Positions 44,261 through 58,774 of a stretch of DNA of 64,000 nt are shown here, one piece after another. Numbering within the stretch: position 1 is the first letter of the stretch; the number at the start of each line of letters is the position of its first letter. Origin of the DNA: Amoebidium appalachense (lineage: Eukaryota; Protista; Ichthyosporea); NCBI GenBank assembly GCA_963693365.1, contig CAVNZM010000012.1:4764409-4828408 (forward strand). The letters are read 5' to 3'. The notes under the pieces are model-generated. The model had not been told where the DNA came from. It worked only from the letters and a program-made list of their open reading frames with translations, and did not search any database. Position numbers and translations under genes: made by a program.

Positions 44261-46362
44261 ATGTGTTTTTAATTCTCCGGTAATTCTAGAGGTGAAATTT
44301 CGAAATTTCTTGGTCTGGAAGGGGGAATGTGTTTGTGGTCCGCCTCGGTGAGTTCTGCCATGGTATGTATGACGATATTTTTGCTTGCTTAGGTGATCTA
44401 GTAGTAGATCATGTAGAGTGCAGGGAGCGTGTTTTGGTGATTTGTAGTATAGATGTATTATACTAGGTGTACTGTACTTACCCTGTAATGGATGAAAGAA
44501 AGCATGTATGCAGATGTAACATACGAGAGGTTACCGTAGCAGTCTATGGCAATGTTTAGACTTTTTTTTGACTGTATCTGCACTTATCTCATGCCTCATA
44601 TCATGATCAGTATTGACAAGTGTCGGAGAAGATTTTTTCGAGATAGTGTATTGTGAAATGGCGGCAGATGTGCGTGTTGTGGACGACCATGAATCCCTTA
44701 GAAGGGACTTGCGAGGCCTAGTGGTCCTTTTAACGGATGCCATGTCTGTGTCTGTTCTTTCATTTATTCCGGGTTTTCGAATGTTTTTTGTCTTTCTTCT
44801 CTCAGAGTCGCGGTTACTGCCAATTAATTCAATACCCGCCTAGGATCTCTTTCTCCCCATTTCACCTTTCTTCCTTGATTACCCTTGGTATCTTCAAACT
44901 TCAACTCTACTATAATGCCCACCTTTTTCACTGTATCATGGTGATCGTTTAAAATGTGTTGTCGATTCAGACTTGGGACATGTTTTAACTTTTTCTTCCT
45001 GTCGTGGGCCCAGAAATAGGCCATCGTATACCGCACAGGGTTAAGAAAAAAACCCTCGGTGCTCAGTGTCCGTAAATATTCTTGGTCGAAGATTTTGAAG
45101 TGGTATATTGGTTTTGAGTGTAAAACCGTTGTGAACGTAATTGCTCTGTGAGCACGGGTGTACGCATTACATAGATTTTGTCTGCATACAGTGTGTGAGT
45201 CAGTGACGCGCCGCGGCGTCACAATACAACAAATTGAATGACACTATGCACAAGTGGCCCACATATGCATGTTGATCAAATGACAACCATTCCCATCGGC
45301 CTCCCCCTCCCCCCGCGCCCCCTGGGCCGCTGCTGCTGGTGTCAAAGCTTTGCCCCACGGCCGAAAATTTCCCCCTGGGGTGCCATATGCATGTGACTGA
45401 CGAACTGCATGCTGGGGCATAAGCCTTCGGCATGCAGACTGCGAGCCGGGTGGGGAGGCCAGCCATGCATGGATGCATAACAAGGGGGAGCAAGGGGGTG
45501 TTGTTTGTTTGGGTGATTTTTCGGTGAACTTGAATCATCTTCTATATGTATGTGTAAGGGTTTCAGGGGGGTTTCTGTGTATGGTGGCTGGTTCACCATT
45601 ATCAAAAGGGCAGTTTTTCAGCGACTTTTCATTTGTTGTGGCGATGTGCTATACGACTCTTTGTTCTTCTAATCACTTACATGTTTTTCCTTGAGAATAC
45701 AAATGTGTTGTGTTTGGTAGTGTTTGCCTATAATGCACCTGCATCGTTATGCGCCTGCATAACCAGGAGATGGTGACCACAACAACATCTATGCATACCT
45801 AATTCTAGTCATGGCCGTGATGGTCCTATTTGTCCTCCCATCCTTTTAGTTTAACAGTACCAGCAACACTTCTTCCATATCCAATTGCATTGCCTATGTT
45901 GTCACAGAGTTTGCCTAGTTGGTGTATCCGTTTTACCCCAATGTTAAGCTACCCCTGCACCATTGTTGTCGCCTGCGCCATTTCCACTGCGGAAGCTGTT
46001 GAAGTCAATGTTTTGGGCCCTTCGCATGCGTTTCTTAGGACTCCGAGTGGTGTTGATGTCCAAGTCCCTGTAGAACCGAAGGTGCATGGAGATGATGTCG
46101 GTCTCAATGTGTAGTGTCCAGGGGGGCACCTGGTTGTTGAGTGTTTTACGCTCCTCCAGGTACTTGACGTTTTCTGTTGTGAATATTTGTGTCACATGTT
46201 TGTTATTTGCCTTAATGTAATGTCCCCCCCCCCCCCCTCCCCCCCCCCCCCCCCCCTATCCTCTTCTCACTGTCTGTCTTCCTGTCTCTCTCTCCCTCCC
46301 CCACTGATCCACCCTCCCTTTTTCTTCAACAAAACCAACCAACCATCCCAGCATCCTGAAAC

Positions 46363-46409
<47 letters not shown>

Positions 46410-46860
46410 GATTTGAACCATGATATCTGCACATTTATGCGAAAATTTTAAAGTCCATCGATGTCCAGATCCGCCTATGTATCCAAACGCGAGGTTGAAC
46501 GGTTGGAAAACATAGAACAATGCTACATCGTGGCTTCCGTACCAAATACTTATATAATTTTACATCACTCTCATCAAGCGCAGACACACAACAACTACCT
46601 TTACTACGCAGGCGAAGACTCTCACGGGAAAAAGTAAGGCGGTGACTCAGTGGAAAAATGCGACCACGGCAAGCAATCCTTAGATGTTGCGACGGCCAAT
46701 GGCATCGTTGTGAGCATACCCACAGCTGGCGCCACCAATACCAACACGACTTGCGAGAACGAGCACGAGTCTTGGGGGCAACCGGCCCAACATGAAGGCA
46801 CCGGCGGCTCTGCGCAGGGTATTATCAGTTTGAGAGGCGAACGGCCGCATAAGCAAACAC

Positions 46861-48130
46861 GTGAGTCTCATCCTTCGCGAAAAGGGGGAACAGAGAGTCG
46901 TTACGGCCGCCGACAACTACCGACTTGGCGAACACAGCGCCAAGCATTACGTGAAGGCGACTTTTGCGGCACATCTGTTCATCATGGTGGTGGCCATTGG
47001 GTCCGAGGTACTGTTCCTTCAGTTGTGTATAACCGTCACCCATACATCGCCGTACGCGACGGTCTTTTTCGCCTCCGACGTTGTGTTTTCTGCGCGGGAA
47101 AACGTCGTTTTGTCATGTCACCAACCCGTTGACCAGGTGCATAGTAATAACAGCCAATTATGTGCCTTGTCGCAACAGCAACTCTCTGCTGCGGTTGCCA
47201 ATTTCGTCAGCACGGTAGCGTCCAGTAAACATAAAACACGGCAGTTGTTCCTGTACGAGGTGAGCTTTACGAGCGAGAGTTTGTTTGCGATTTGGGTGAC
47301 AGCGGCGCTCGTTTATGCAAACCGCAACCACACGGTGGTGAAGTCGAGGGGTAGGCTGTACCTCGTGCTGCTGTTTTTTTCCCTTGGCACGTTGTGCGTC
47401 GCAAGCACGCTATTCTTTGGCTCGGCGTATTTTTTCGTTTTCAACCAGTTCCCATTGGACAAGGACTACAGCGAACCCGGGGTGCTCGAGTACGAGATTG
47501 AGCGGACAGCAAACCTAATCTTCTCTGGGTTCACCATCGGGATCTTTACAATGTACGCGTTCTTCACAACTCTGGCGCTGAGACAGCGCATGATTGCCCA
47601 TGTTTTTCATGCGCGCACCACGGATGAATCCATGTCAACGAAACGTCTCATGCTGTGGGCGGCGAAATGGACCATGGTGGGCTCTGTCATGTCCGAAATA
47701 TTGTACGTTGTGTGGCGGTTCAAAGACAACAACCACTCTAGGGGCACGCGATACGCGGTAGGGTTGGTTTACACCCCGCTCATATTCTACTATATCTTCC
47801 ACACGCGTGCAGTGTCCGTAAAATTCAACGATTTTTATTCGAATTTTCGCGCCGCTTTCGTTATGGCCTTAGGATATATCATGTTGATAACCTATGGAAG
47901 CCGGAACACGTTGTGTCGGCGTGCATCGGCTGATCTTCGCTCGTTCGATTTGCCGTCGTTGTGCAGATTATGGACCAGTTTTTCACGCAGGCGCTGCAGG
48001 CGTGGTGGGTAATTCCGGCCATGCCCAAGACCTTGAAAGGGTTAAACCTTACCACTATGCGGACTATGCGGTCAAGCGTGACCGCGGACGGGAGCCGGCC
48101 AACGACGGTGGGAGGTCGTTTGGCCAGCAG
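46861..48130 (+). pseudogene. Tandem paralog of the GPCR-like gene, disrupted
   Basis: Collinear similarity (AHLFIM, KSRGRLYL, TLALRQR, RGTRY, KFND, DQFFTQALQA). Frameshift near 47895 and TGA at 47931 where the paralog has Trp. 5' and 3' ends are uncertain. Confidence 0.75.
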
Positions 48131-48429
48131 GATGGCCTCCCCTTGCCTACAGTGCCGTTTTTTGTTTTTTCTCTTTCTATTTTTCTCTCTCCTCCGAGTC
48201 TCTCTCTCCCTTTCCCTCCCTCCCTCCCTCCCTCCATGCCCCCCCCTCTCTCTCTCTCCGTCGCTCTCTCTTTCTCTCTCTCTCTCGCTCTCTCACACTT
48301 TCCTCCCCTCACTCTCTCCCTCTCCCCCCCTCTCTCTCTCCCTCCACCCTCCCTCCCTCCGTCCCTCTCTCTTTCCCTCCCCCACCTCCCTCCCTTCCCT
48401 ATCTTTCTCGAGTCTCTCTTTCTCCCCAC

Positions 48430-48469
<40 letters not shown>

Positions 48470-48672
48470 TCGCTTCTCCCCCTCCCCCCCCCCCCCCTTC
48501 TCTCTTCTTTCTCTCTCTCTCTCTCTCTCCCCCCCCCCCCCCTCCCCCTCTTTCTCTCTCTCCAATCCCCCCCCCCCCCCCCCTATCTCTCTCTCTTTCT
48601 CGACTCTCTCTCTCTCTCTCTCTGTCTCTGTCTCTCCCCCCCCCCCCTTCTCTCTCTCTCTCTCTCTCTCTC

Positions 48673-48707
<35 letters not shown>

Positions 48708-51036
48708 ACCCTCCCTCCACCCCCTCCGTAATCCCCCCCCTCTCTCCTTCCCTCCCCGCCTCCCTCTCCCCTCCCTCCCTCCCCTCCCTCGGCTCCCCCT
48801 CCCTTCCTCCCTTCCTCCCTCTCTCCCTTTGTCATCCCTTACTCCCAACCTCTCCAGGACCCAACCACATGGGCAGAGTCAACTTGGAAAAAGCAGAAAT
48901 ATTCTGCAAAAGCGGAATTATTCTGCAAAAAGCAGAATTATTCTGCAAAAAGCATTTAAGAGTGAGCCTGCATTCCCCCTCTCCCCTTCTCTTTCCCCCC
49001 TCCTTCAACCAGAACAAAAGAAAACGGAAAAGGGCAGAAACGGAATGAAAAGAGTGAGAAACTCACGGGTGTGCGAATGCAAGGGTGTGTGCTGAGGGGA
49101 ATTGGGGAGTGGTAGGAGCCCAAGAAGAACTGGGTGTGAGTTGATTCCGAGCAGACAAACTTGAACGTTAAGCAACCTAACGCCCCAGGCTAATATGTGA
49201 GCCATGTGCTAACACTTCCCCTTCCCCCCCCCCCCCCCTCCCTCCCCCCCCCCATCTTCTCCCTCGCTTCCTCCCCCTCCCTGCCCTCACGACCTTCTCC
49301 CGGCCACCCCCTCTCCCCCCCCCCTCACCCCCCCCACCCCCTTTCCTTGCACCCCACTCATGCAGCGCGAAGACCGGGATGGAACGCTTGGCCTGACCGT
49401 ACCCTACGATGAGGAGGATTCGGCGGAACCAGAGGGTCCGCGGCTGCATGGTGCCACCTGCAGTAGTACTGGCAGAACTAATGAAAGTGAAATAGACCCT
49501 ACGTCTCTATGTAGTGCCCCTGTGTAAGCCCGAAAGAACAGTCTGGTTTTCTCGATGTGTATATAGTATTGCTGTGACCTATGGTGTGCGTTCCTGTGTC
49601 TCCGGATCTATCCGGGAAATAATCAGTTGATTGTGATTGGTTATTTTAGACATAGATCTGATTCTAGGTGTGTTGAAAGGAAGAACAAGCTTTTATTTAT
49701 TTGGAACCGTGTATATAGTTGTGCTAGGCATGTAAATAGTGGCGTGTGCACTGTGCTCTTTGTGATTCCTTTATGAGAGGTATTTGAGGTAATACGCACA
49801 GACTGTGTGTGTGTATGACTGATTTCTGGTTTTAAGCCGAATGTTATCCTATATACGGTTCAGTTTGCTCTCTTATGACCTCGAACCCTCCGTCGAAGTT
49901 TCGATTTAACCGGCGTATGTATGAAGTTGAACGTCTAGAAAGACTTAGGCACTTTATGAATGAACACCAAGCTTGTGGATGAACACCACCTGTAAACAGG
50001 CATCTTTCAGGAACATCGTCCTGTGATCGTTCGAGTGTAGAGTAAGTGTTCAAGAAGCAAACATGGCCTAAAGATGTGTCGGATTTTCCCTGCCCTTGCC
50101 CCCTTGTGCAAGAGAATAAACTGTTCATAACCACGCATGCCATATTCTGAACGAAAAAGAAACATCTTGCAAATGACTCACTCCTCAACTGACAGGCTGA
50201 TTTGCGTTTTCAACTTGTCAGCCTTTGTGGCGCGGGATTACCATATTAAGTACTTTTGTGTCCAAAACAGGTCATACACCTGCCTTATTTGGCCAGGCTT
50301 CTACCGGCTGGCTCTGTGCAATGAGTCCGATTAGCTTGTGTCAGGCTGGTGCACTGTTTTATTTTTTTTTTTGGCGGCCACTGAGCCTAAATCTTACATA
50401 GTCAAAGGTGTGTGTATATGCGTGTTTGTACGTGTTTGTGTCTCGTGTGTGTGTGTGTCGTGTGTGTGTGTGTGTGTGCCTGTGTTTTTGTGTGTGTGTG
50501 TGTGGGGGGGGAGAGGTGGGGAGGGAGGGAGGTGAAAGGTGGTGCGTGTGTGTTTTTGTGCGCGCGCGTGTGTGTGTCATGTGTGTGTGCGTGTACGGTA
50601 TCATGGTGTTTGTGTGTGTCGTGTGTGCGTGCGTGCGTGCGTGTGTGTGCATCTCATTGATGTTTTCGCGTGTGTCGTGTGTAGGGGGGCAGGGGAGGGG
50701 GGGTGGTCCTGTGTGCTTGTGTGTCTGCGTCTGTTTGTGCCTCAGACTCTCTGTGCGCGCAAACGTTTACGTGTGTATGACACTGTATGTGCGTGTGTGT
50801 GTGCGCGTGCGCTTGTTATGTGCGTCTGTGCGCATATGTCCTTATTATATAGGTGCGTTTGAGTAAGTGGATTTGCCAAATAACATCTGTACACTCTGTG
50901 CTTCTTCACGTGACACTACTTAGAGGCACCAGAAGGTTTCTCAGCATCGTGTTTATTTTCACATAATATCCGGTTATTGCCTTTCTTTAACCCGTTGATG
51001 TTTGGTGCTTGCAGGCTCTACCATCAAGCAATCACC

Positions 51037-51921
51037 ATGGACGATCCAGAACTCGCAGCCATCCGTGCCAAGCGCATGGCTGAAATGCAGGCACAGCAGG
51101 TATCGTCCCCTCCCCCCCCCCCCCCCCCCCCCCCCTCACCAGGCACCCCCCTTTCCCCCTTCCCCCTTCCCTCCTCCCCCTTCCCCCACCCTTTTCTCCT
51201 TCCTTCTCCCCTCCCCCCCCCCCCCCTCCCCCCTCCCCCTACCGTCTCTTGTGGGGGCCTCTGCTCCATTTTGTTCCACAACTCATTCTCTACTCTCGTG
51301 TCAATTTTTCCTTTGTCATCGCTTCTCTGCGCTTCCTTTTTGGACACAATGACAGTTTTGATCTTTGTGTTATTCTCCCCCCCCCCCCCACCCCCACCCC
51401 CCACCCCCCACCCCCCCACCTCCCCCAACCCCTCCCATGCACACTTTTGGGAGGGGAAAATCATAGGACACGATATTTTCCCATATTGCTTTACGGTTGC
51501 CGTCTCCAGATCATCCAAGGAACACTGCAAAGAGCAGGGTAGGCTCCTGCACGTGGCTTTGTTGGTTCTAAAACTCCAGATATGCTACCTGGGACGATCC
51601 GTGTTCTTCATCATCTTTTGTTTCATCTCATGTCCACATCCTCGAACATGGGGCTAAGCTGCCTCAACTCACACGCTTTCCAATCTAACACAAATTCCGG
51701 GCTGCTTGCAGGCGGCAGCCGGGGGCCGGCCTGCCCCGTCGAAAGATGACCAGGAGGCACGAAGGTACACTGGTGATGATGTGTTGTTGTAGTAGCAGGA
51801 GATAGAGTGTGAAGGGCTGTGAGGGGTGATGGATCGGGGGTGTGTGTGTGGGTTGGAGAGAGGTCAAATGAACGAGGTGCTGAGAGAGGTTTGGAGGGGA
51901 CGGGGTGGGGGGCGGGGACGG

Positions 51922-51956
<35 letters not shown>

Positions 51957-52054
51957 GAGGAGGGTTTGGGAGGGATGGGGGTGTGGGGAGAGTATGAAAT
52001 GTGGGTATCTGTTTATGGAAGGGGAAGGGGAGGGGGGGAGGGTGGCTAAAAGAG

Positions 52055-52089
<35 letters not shown>

Positions 52090-53130
52090 GAGATATTTGG
52101 GGCAAGGGTTGTAGGGAGAGGGGAAGAGGGAGGTATGGGGGAAGGGGGAGAGGCAAGTGTATTGGAAATTGGTGTGTGGGTGGACGGTGGGAAGCTGAGG
52201 TCGATGGGTTCCTGCAGGGGGGAGTGGAGGGGGGTGGGGGTGGGGGGGGGGGGGGGGGGGGGGGGGAGAGGAGGAGAGGGGGGCAGTATAGGGGTTTTGA
52301 AAATGGTTTACGTCGGGTTGTGTGTATGTGCGTGTTTTTTTGTTTGTGTGGATGGGAAGGGGGCCAATAGGGCGTTTAGGGTGTTGAAGTAGGGGGTTCT
52401 TTTGTGTGTTTTTGTTTGTTTTGTTTTGGGGGGAAGGGGGGGAAGGGGAGGGGGTGAAAGAAAGTAGGAGTAGAGTGGCTGTGCAGTGCAGGAGCTGAAT
52501 GCCGCTTGGGTTGACGGATGGGAGAGCCTGTATTTGCATGGTTTTGTAGTTTTTTGCGTTGCGTTTAAATGTAAATGCGTGCACGTGTCTCCCACCTATT
52601 CCTGTTGCACCTTTTTTTTTTTTTTTAACGGGAGGAATTCCCGGGGGGAAGAGGGGGGGGGGGGGGGGGGGGGGGTACGAAAGGGCTCTATTGATTGAGA
52701 AAGGGGATGGAAAGAGGGGTAAGGGGGGGAGGGGGGAGGAAGTAGAGGACAGTATTGATGATAATACACGGGGAGAGAGGAGGGGACCAGAGGGTGATGT
52801 TGATAAAGTGGGGGGAGGGGGAGGGGGAGGGGGGGGGGGGGGGGCACAGTGAAAGGGGGAGGGGGGGGGGAGGGGGGTAAAGTTGAGGGCAATAGTGAAA
52901 CATTGGGGGGCGAGCAGGAAGCAAGAGGCGGAGATGCGCAACACGGTGCTGCTGCAGATCCTCACACAAGATGCCCGGGCACGATGTAGGATTACCTCGG
53001 TGCATGCATACCTCCTGTCCCTTGACGCCCTTCTTCCCTTTTTACAGCGCACACAGACACACGCACATGCACACGCCGGTGCGGGTGCGGGTGCGGGTGC
53101 CCACTCACAGTGTTACACAAGCCATGATTA

Positions 53131-53167
<37 letters not shown>

Positions 53168-53289
53168 AAAAACACACACACACACACACAAACATTATGG
53201 TTGATTCATGTTTTGTTCATTGTTCGAGTATCCTTGTTGTTGTCACTTCTCTATTTTAACGTTTGCCACCTGTGCCACATCTGCTGCTT

Positions 53290-53323
<34 letters not shown>

Positions 53324-53803
53324 TTCCTCCCTCCCTCCCTCCCTTCCCCCCTCCCCCCCCCCCCCCAGAAACCACCACCACCACCACCACCACCACATCA
53401 TCATTTCTGATATACGGTGTTGGTAAGCCTCTTTCTAGACAGCTCCAGTCCCTTTAACCCTTCCCTCCGTAGTACCACTACAACACACACACACGAAATG
53501 ACTCCCTATCGTCCATTACCCACCGTGCCAGCTCTATTTTTCTCAATCCTCCCACTTACGTTCTTCCTTGCTCCGCGCCTAAACTATCCCAATCACACGT
53601 CCCCCCTTCTTTTCCTCTCGTCGTTTTTCCGTCCCTAGGAGCCGCCTATCCCCCTTCCCCCACTCTTCCCCTTTACCCTCGTCCGCCTGCTCTCCATTCA
53701 CCCACCGACTCTCCCTCTTGCTGCATCCCTTCCATCCCTTCCATAATCCACATACACTTTCCTTGTGAATAGCCTCTATCTCACTGCGTGCGCACACACG
53801 CAC

Positions 53804-53856
<53 letters not shown>

Positions 53857-53923
53857 ACACAAAAACAGACACACACACAAGCACATACGCGTACATGTAC
53901 ACACGAACGTGCACACCCACACA

Positions 53924-53960
<37 letters not shown>

Positions 53961-54014
53961 CTTTATGCCATCTACGCCCGCCTGGGGCTATCATCCAGTT
54001 TTCTCCTCTGCATG

Positions 54015-54048
<34 letters not shown>

Positions 54049-54200
54049 CTCCCCCCTTCTTCCCCTCTCCCCCGTGGGGGTCCCCCTTGGTGTGTGCCCT
54101 TCTTTGCAAGATCTCGCTGGTGTTCTCGATCGAGAATATGTACTTCATACTCCAGCCTAACACCTATTTTCCACTTCTCCCCCCCCCCTTCACCCCCCCC

Positions 54201-54231
<31 letters not shown>

Positions 54232-54236
54232 ACAGA

Positions 54237-54291
<55 letters not shown>

Positions 54292-54441
54292 GCAAACACA
54301 CACACACTACCCCCCTCCCCCCCCCTAAATTACACACACACACACACGTATACGCACACGCACACACGGTCACAGCCACACACTCTTGCGACCCCCCCCC
54401 CCCCCCCCCTCCCCCTCCCCCCCTCCCCACCCCAACACACA

Positions 54442-54478
<37 letters not shown>

Positions 54479-54704
54479 TCTCCCTTCTCCTCTTTCCTCC
54501 CCCCCTCCCCCCCCCCTCCCCCTCTCCCTCCCCACAACCACCACCATCCACACACACACACACACACACACGTACTCACACACGTACTCACACATTCATA
54601 ACACGCACACACATGTACACATGTACACAGTACACACACACACACACGCGCGCGCGCGTACACACACATTCAAACACATACACATACACACACACACGTA
54701 CACC

Positions 54705-54735
<31 letters not shown>

Positions 54736-55012
54736 ACACACACGTACACGTACACCCACGTACACACACACGCTCAGTGGGGCGCATTGCAGTGATTAAG
54801 CCAGAGAAGGCCCGTGGTGTTGAGGACATGCTCATACGCCTAGCGCAGAGTGGGCAGCTGGGGGGTAAGGTGGATGAGCAGCAGCTGATTGGTTTGCTGG
54901 ATCAGGTGGCTGAGGCTACCACTAAGAAGACTACTATACATGTGGGTCCCCCCCCCCCTCTCTCTCTCTCTCCCCCCCGTCCTCCCCCCCCCCCCTCCCT
55001 CTCATTCATTAT

Positions 55013-55072
<60 letters not shown>

Positions 55073-55106
55073 GGTAGTGATGTGTGTGTTTGTGTTTGGG
55101 TGGCCT

Positions 55107-55137
<31 letters not shown>

Positions 55138-55786
55138 GGGGGGGAGAGGGGGGGGGGGGGGGGGGGGAGGGGGGGGGGGGGGGGGGGGGGGGAAACCAAC
55201 TCAGAACACCACCACGTAATGCCAGGTCCGTTCATGTGGGATACCCTAATCTTTTTTTTTTCTTTTGTCGCTTTCTTATCTGGTCTTTCTTTCTTATTTT
55301 GCCACCACTAAGGGGGACACCACCCACATGTGCATACGGATAGTCCCCCCCCCCCCCCCCCCCCCCCCCGGGTATCGACGGGGGAGCTTCCTAGAAGCCC
55401 CGTCTCCTGAGTTCCTATCTATATTTTTCTTGCTTCTGCTTACTGCTGCAACTTTAACCCCCGGCCTTTCCCACTGCCCTTGCCTGCATAAGCAACCCTG
55501 CTCGTCTCTGATCAAGACGGGCGACCTACTCATGTTCAAGTGAAACAGTATCTGAGTTGGGTTTCGTTAACGAGGGGAATAGGTCGAAACTCGGGTACTG
55601 TGGATGACGTGGGCCCCCCCTGAGGATGGGCTCTGCTTATTATGCATACTCTTTATGTATGGCTTGCATTCTGCATCGTGTTATCCGTTTGTTCTTGTGT
55701 ATTTCGTACTTTTTGACGCATTCAAACCCCCCCCTCCCCCCCCCCCCCCCCCTCCCCCCCTTTTTTTTTTTTTCCTTTTTTTTTTT

Positions 55787-55817
<31 letters not shown>

Positions 55818-55996
55818 GGGGAGGGTCCCCCTACCGTTACAAAGAAGAGCAATCTCAACGAATGTGCTCTAGATGCTTCTTTTTATATCTTCTTATATGG
55901 AGAGGCAGTGCGCATGCTACCCACACTGCAATGACCTTTTCTTCCTTGTGTTCTAGCAGCTATTGATTCTCACATATTACTCGAAAGTCGACCAGC

Positions 55997-56035
<39 letters not shown>

Positions 56036-56353
56036 ATCCTTTTCTCTCCCCGCCTAAACACACAATTATTTATTGAAATAATATAAACAAAATGTAATAA
56101 AATTAACTTGAATCAACATGCGCACACACAAACGCACACACACACACCACACACATACACGTGTACACATACAAACACACATGTGCAACCCTCTTGCACG
56201 CACACACACACACAACCTCTCTCTCTCTCCCCCTCTCTCTCCCCCTCTCTCTCCCCTGCCTCCCTTCCTCTCCCTCCCTCCCTCCCTCCCTCCCTGCCTC
56301 CCTCCCTTTTCCCCTCCCTCTGTCTGTCACACACACACACACACACACACACA

Positions 56354-56385
<32 letters not shown>

Positions 56386-56435
56386 AGTATCAGCGACGAA
56401 AGGTGGACAGTGACGACGATGACGATGACTTTTAA
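51037..56435 (+). CDS. PDCD5: Programmed cell death protein 5; exons 51037-51099, 51712-51764, 52918-52985, 54778-54941, 56388-56435
   Basis: GT-AG introns with consistent phases give [18 protein letters not shown]...[46 protein letters not shown]...[14 protein letters not shown]. Confidence 0.95.
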
Positions 56436-58265
56436 GGGTGATGCTGCAAAAGTCGATTGTTTCCATATTTGGTGATTCATTTCCATATTTGGCAGTTCAA
56501 TTTCTATATTTGGTGGTTTAATTTCTACTATGTCGAAACGGTTCTGCCCAGACAGTGGTGTGGTTCTTTCGTCACGCATGTTCTTTGCACGTGGAAATGA
56601 GCTTACTAGATAGGATGATTCAGACAGAATTTTGTGGGAAGCACGACTTTGTTCCATGAGCAGGCATGTCGTTTTTTTTGTTGTTTTTTTTTTTTTTTTT
56701 TTTTTTTTTTTTGTGTGTGTTAATTTATTTTCGGTTGCTATTGTTATTATTATCTTCATTCATTAATTTGAACGTTGTCTGACGTCCGTGCTTTCCTTGG
56801 ATACCCACATTCATTTTCACTTTTAGGTTAGCCTGGCAATATTATGCCAGTCAGACCTGAAGTGTGGGGCTTCTGCTTTATGTGTGCAAATACCTTCACA
56901 ACTTTTAAGAAATACAGTATGCGGGCACGGGAATATACAAACGTGTGTTGTGCTTACGGCCAAGATATCGATGTGGACATAAACGTTAGAACATATGACA
57001 ATAAACACAATGTGTGCTGAGCCTCGTGGTGTGAAACGGGCTGGTGTATACAGGCATGACATATACTTATTGATACCCAGGTGGTTCGAAGTAGGGTCGA
57101 GGAAGTTGTGGCTTGTTGGAGTTCATTTGCTGTGTGTGGGTGGGTGGGTGGGTGGGTGGGTGGATGGGTGGGTGGGTGGGTGGGTGGGTGGATGGGTGGG
57201 GTGTGTGTGTGGGGGGGGGGTGTGTGTGTATATACGTTTGTGTGCACGGTGTGTGCATGTGTATGTGTATGTGATTGTGTGTGTGCGCGCGCGTGTGCGT
57301 GTCATTGTGTGTGTGTGTGTGCACGCGCGTGCATGCGTGTTTGCGCTGAGTCGTTTCGAAACTTGGAACATTTTCATGATTTTCAATACCTGATCTCATA
57401 ATATATCAAGTTTATATACCAATACTCCTAAGTCTTCATTTCTCCCCTTTATCAATACCTAAATTAGGCAATTACATGTCACTAAAGTGTTCACTCCACT
57501 TTAAACACTGTATGGGCCTTTTTATATACGGTACACATGTCATAATTTTTGTTCTCACTTTTCTTATTTTCCCCTTTCACATGTCATACGTACTTGGACT
57601 CCGCCACCCACCGTTTTTTCCACTTTGCAAGTTACCTAAAGGATTACAACAACAACAGAAAAGTACAACGATCGTACACACACCGAGAGCCAAATTGTCA
57701 TGAAAAGTATTCCTTAGGCTCGACGGGTATAAAGCTTTCCTCCCTTCGCATTTATGTTCAAGATTTTACCAACGCGCTAAATACTAAAAGAACTTTCAAA
57801 TATAGAAACGTGGTATATGCAACTAGTACTGGTACTGGAGATGGCGTGCGTAATTCTTTGAAGGATTATTGAGTTAAAAAACAAAAAAATAAAAAAAATA
57901 AAAAAAATAAAGAACCTCCCTCCGGCAGAAAACTCTCATCGTCATTTTTGATCCGACACCCGAAATTTTTTAAACTTCTTGCAACAAACTTTGACCTTCG
58001 CAAATATGGTGCGCCCGCACAGATCCGCCAACCCATCCATCATTAGCCCATCGAAACTACGTCTCACCTTCAATCACACATTCGCAATTCGATGCAAAGG
58101 CCGTCTTTTTCATCTCATATGATCCGAGCGTCTATGAATCCGAGCGTCATTTGTAGTTTGTTTTTGTTTTCAACACTGACACAAAAGCACCAGCAGCTCG
58201 ATGTCTTATGTCGTGCCACGAGCAGCCACGAGCACAAAAAAAGATATAATTATGAACCAATCAGA

Positions 58266-58683
58266 TCATTGCGTGGAGGCCGGCCCGGAAGGCGCCAGAA
58301 CGTCGTCGATGAACCTGTTGACAAGATCGAGGTTGCCGTCGTTAAGGATGACAATATCGAATGCCTCGGCGTAGGCATCCAGCCGTTCCTGAATGGGTGG
58401 AGTGGTGGGGTGACGTCAGTGAAAGTTGGGAGGGTGGGCGTGTACATGTGCACCTGTTAACAGAAAACCCGCGATACATGCCGCCAAATAATGGCAGGGC
58501 AGGTGTGAACAATGCATACAAGCACATGCGGACGATCCTCGTAAGGAAAAACACAAGTTGATATGGGTGAGGATCAAATCAAACTACACGAGAAGTTCGG
58601 AATGGGTTTCAGGGAAGGTAGCTGGATGGTCTGTGTGTATGACGGGGGAGAGCGTGTGTTTTATGTCTCCGCGCATGATTGCA

Positions 58684-58774
<91 letters not shown>

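Noticed and set aside
45944-49449. Possible minus-strand host exons (45944-46195 and near 49395-49449)
   Set aside because: Could not assemble a consistent gene model or recognise a product.
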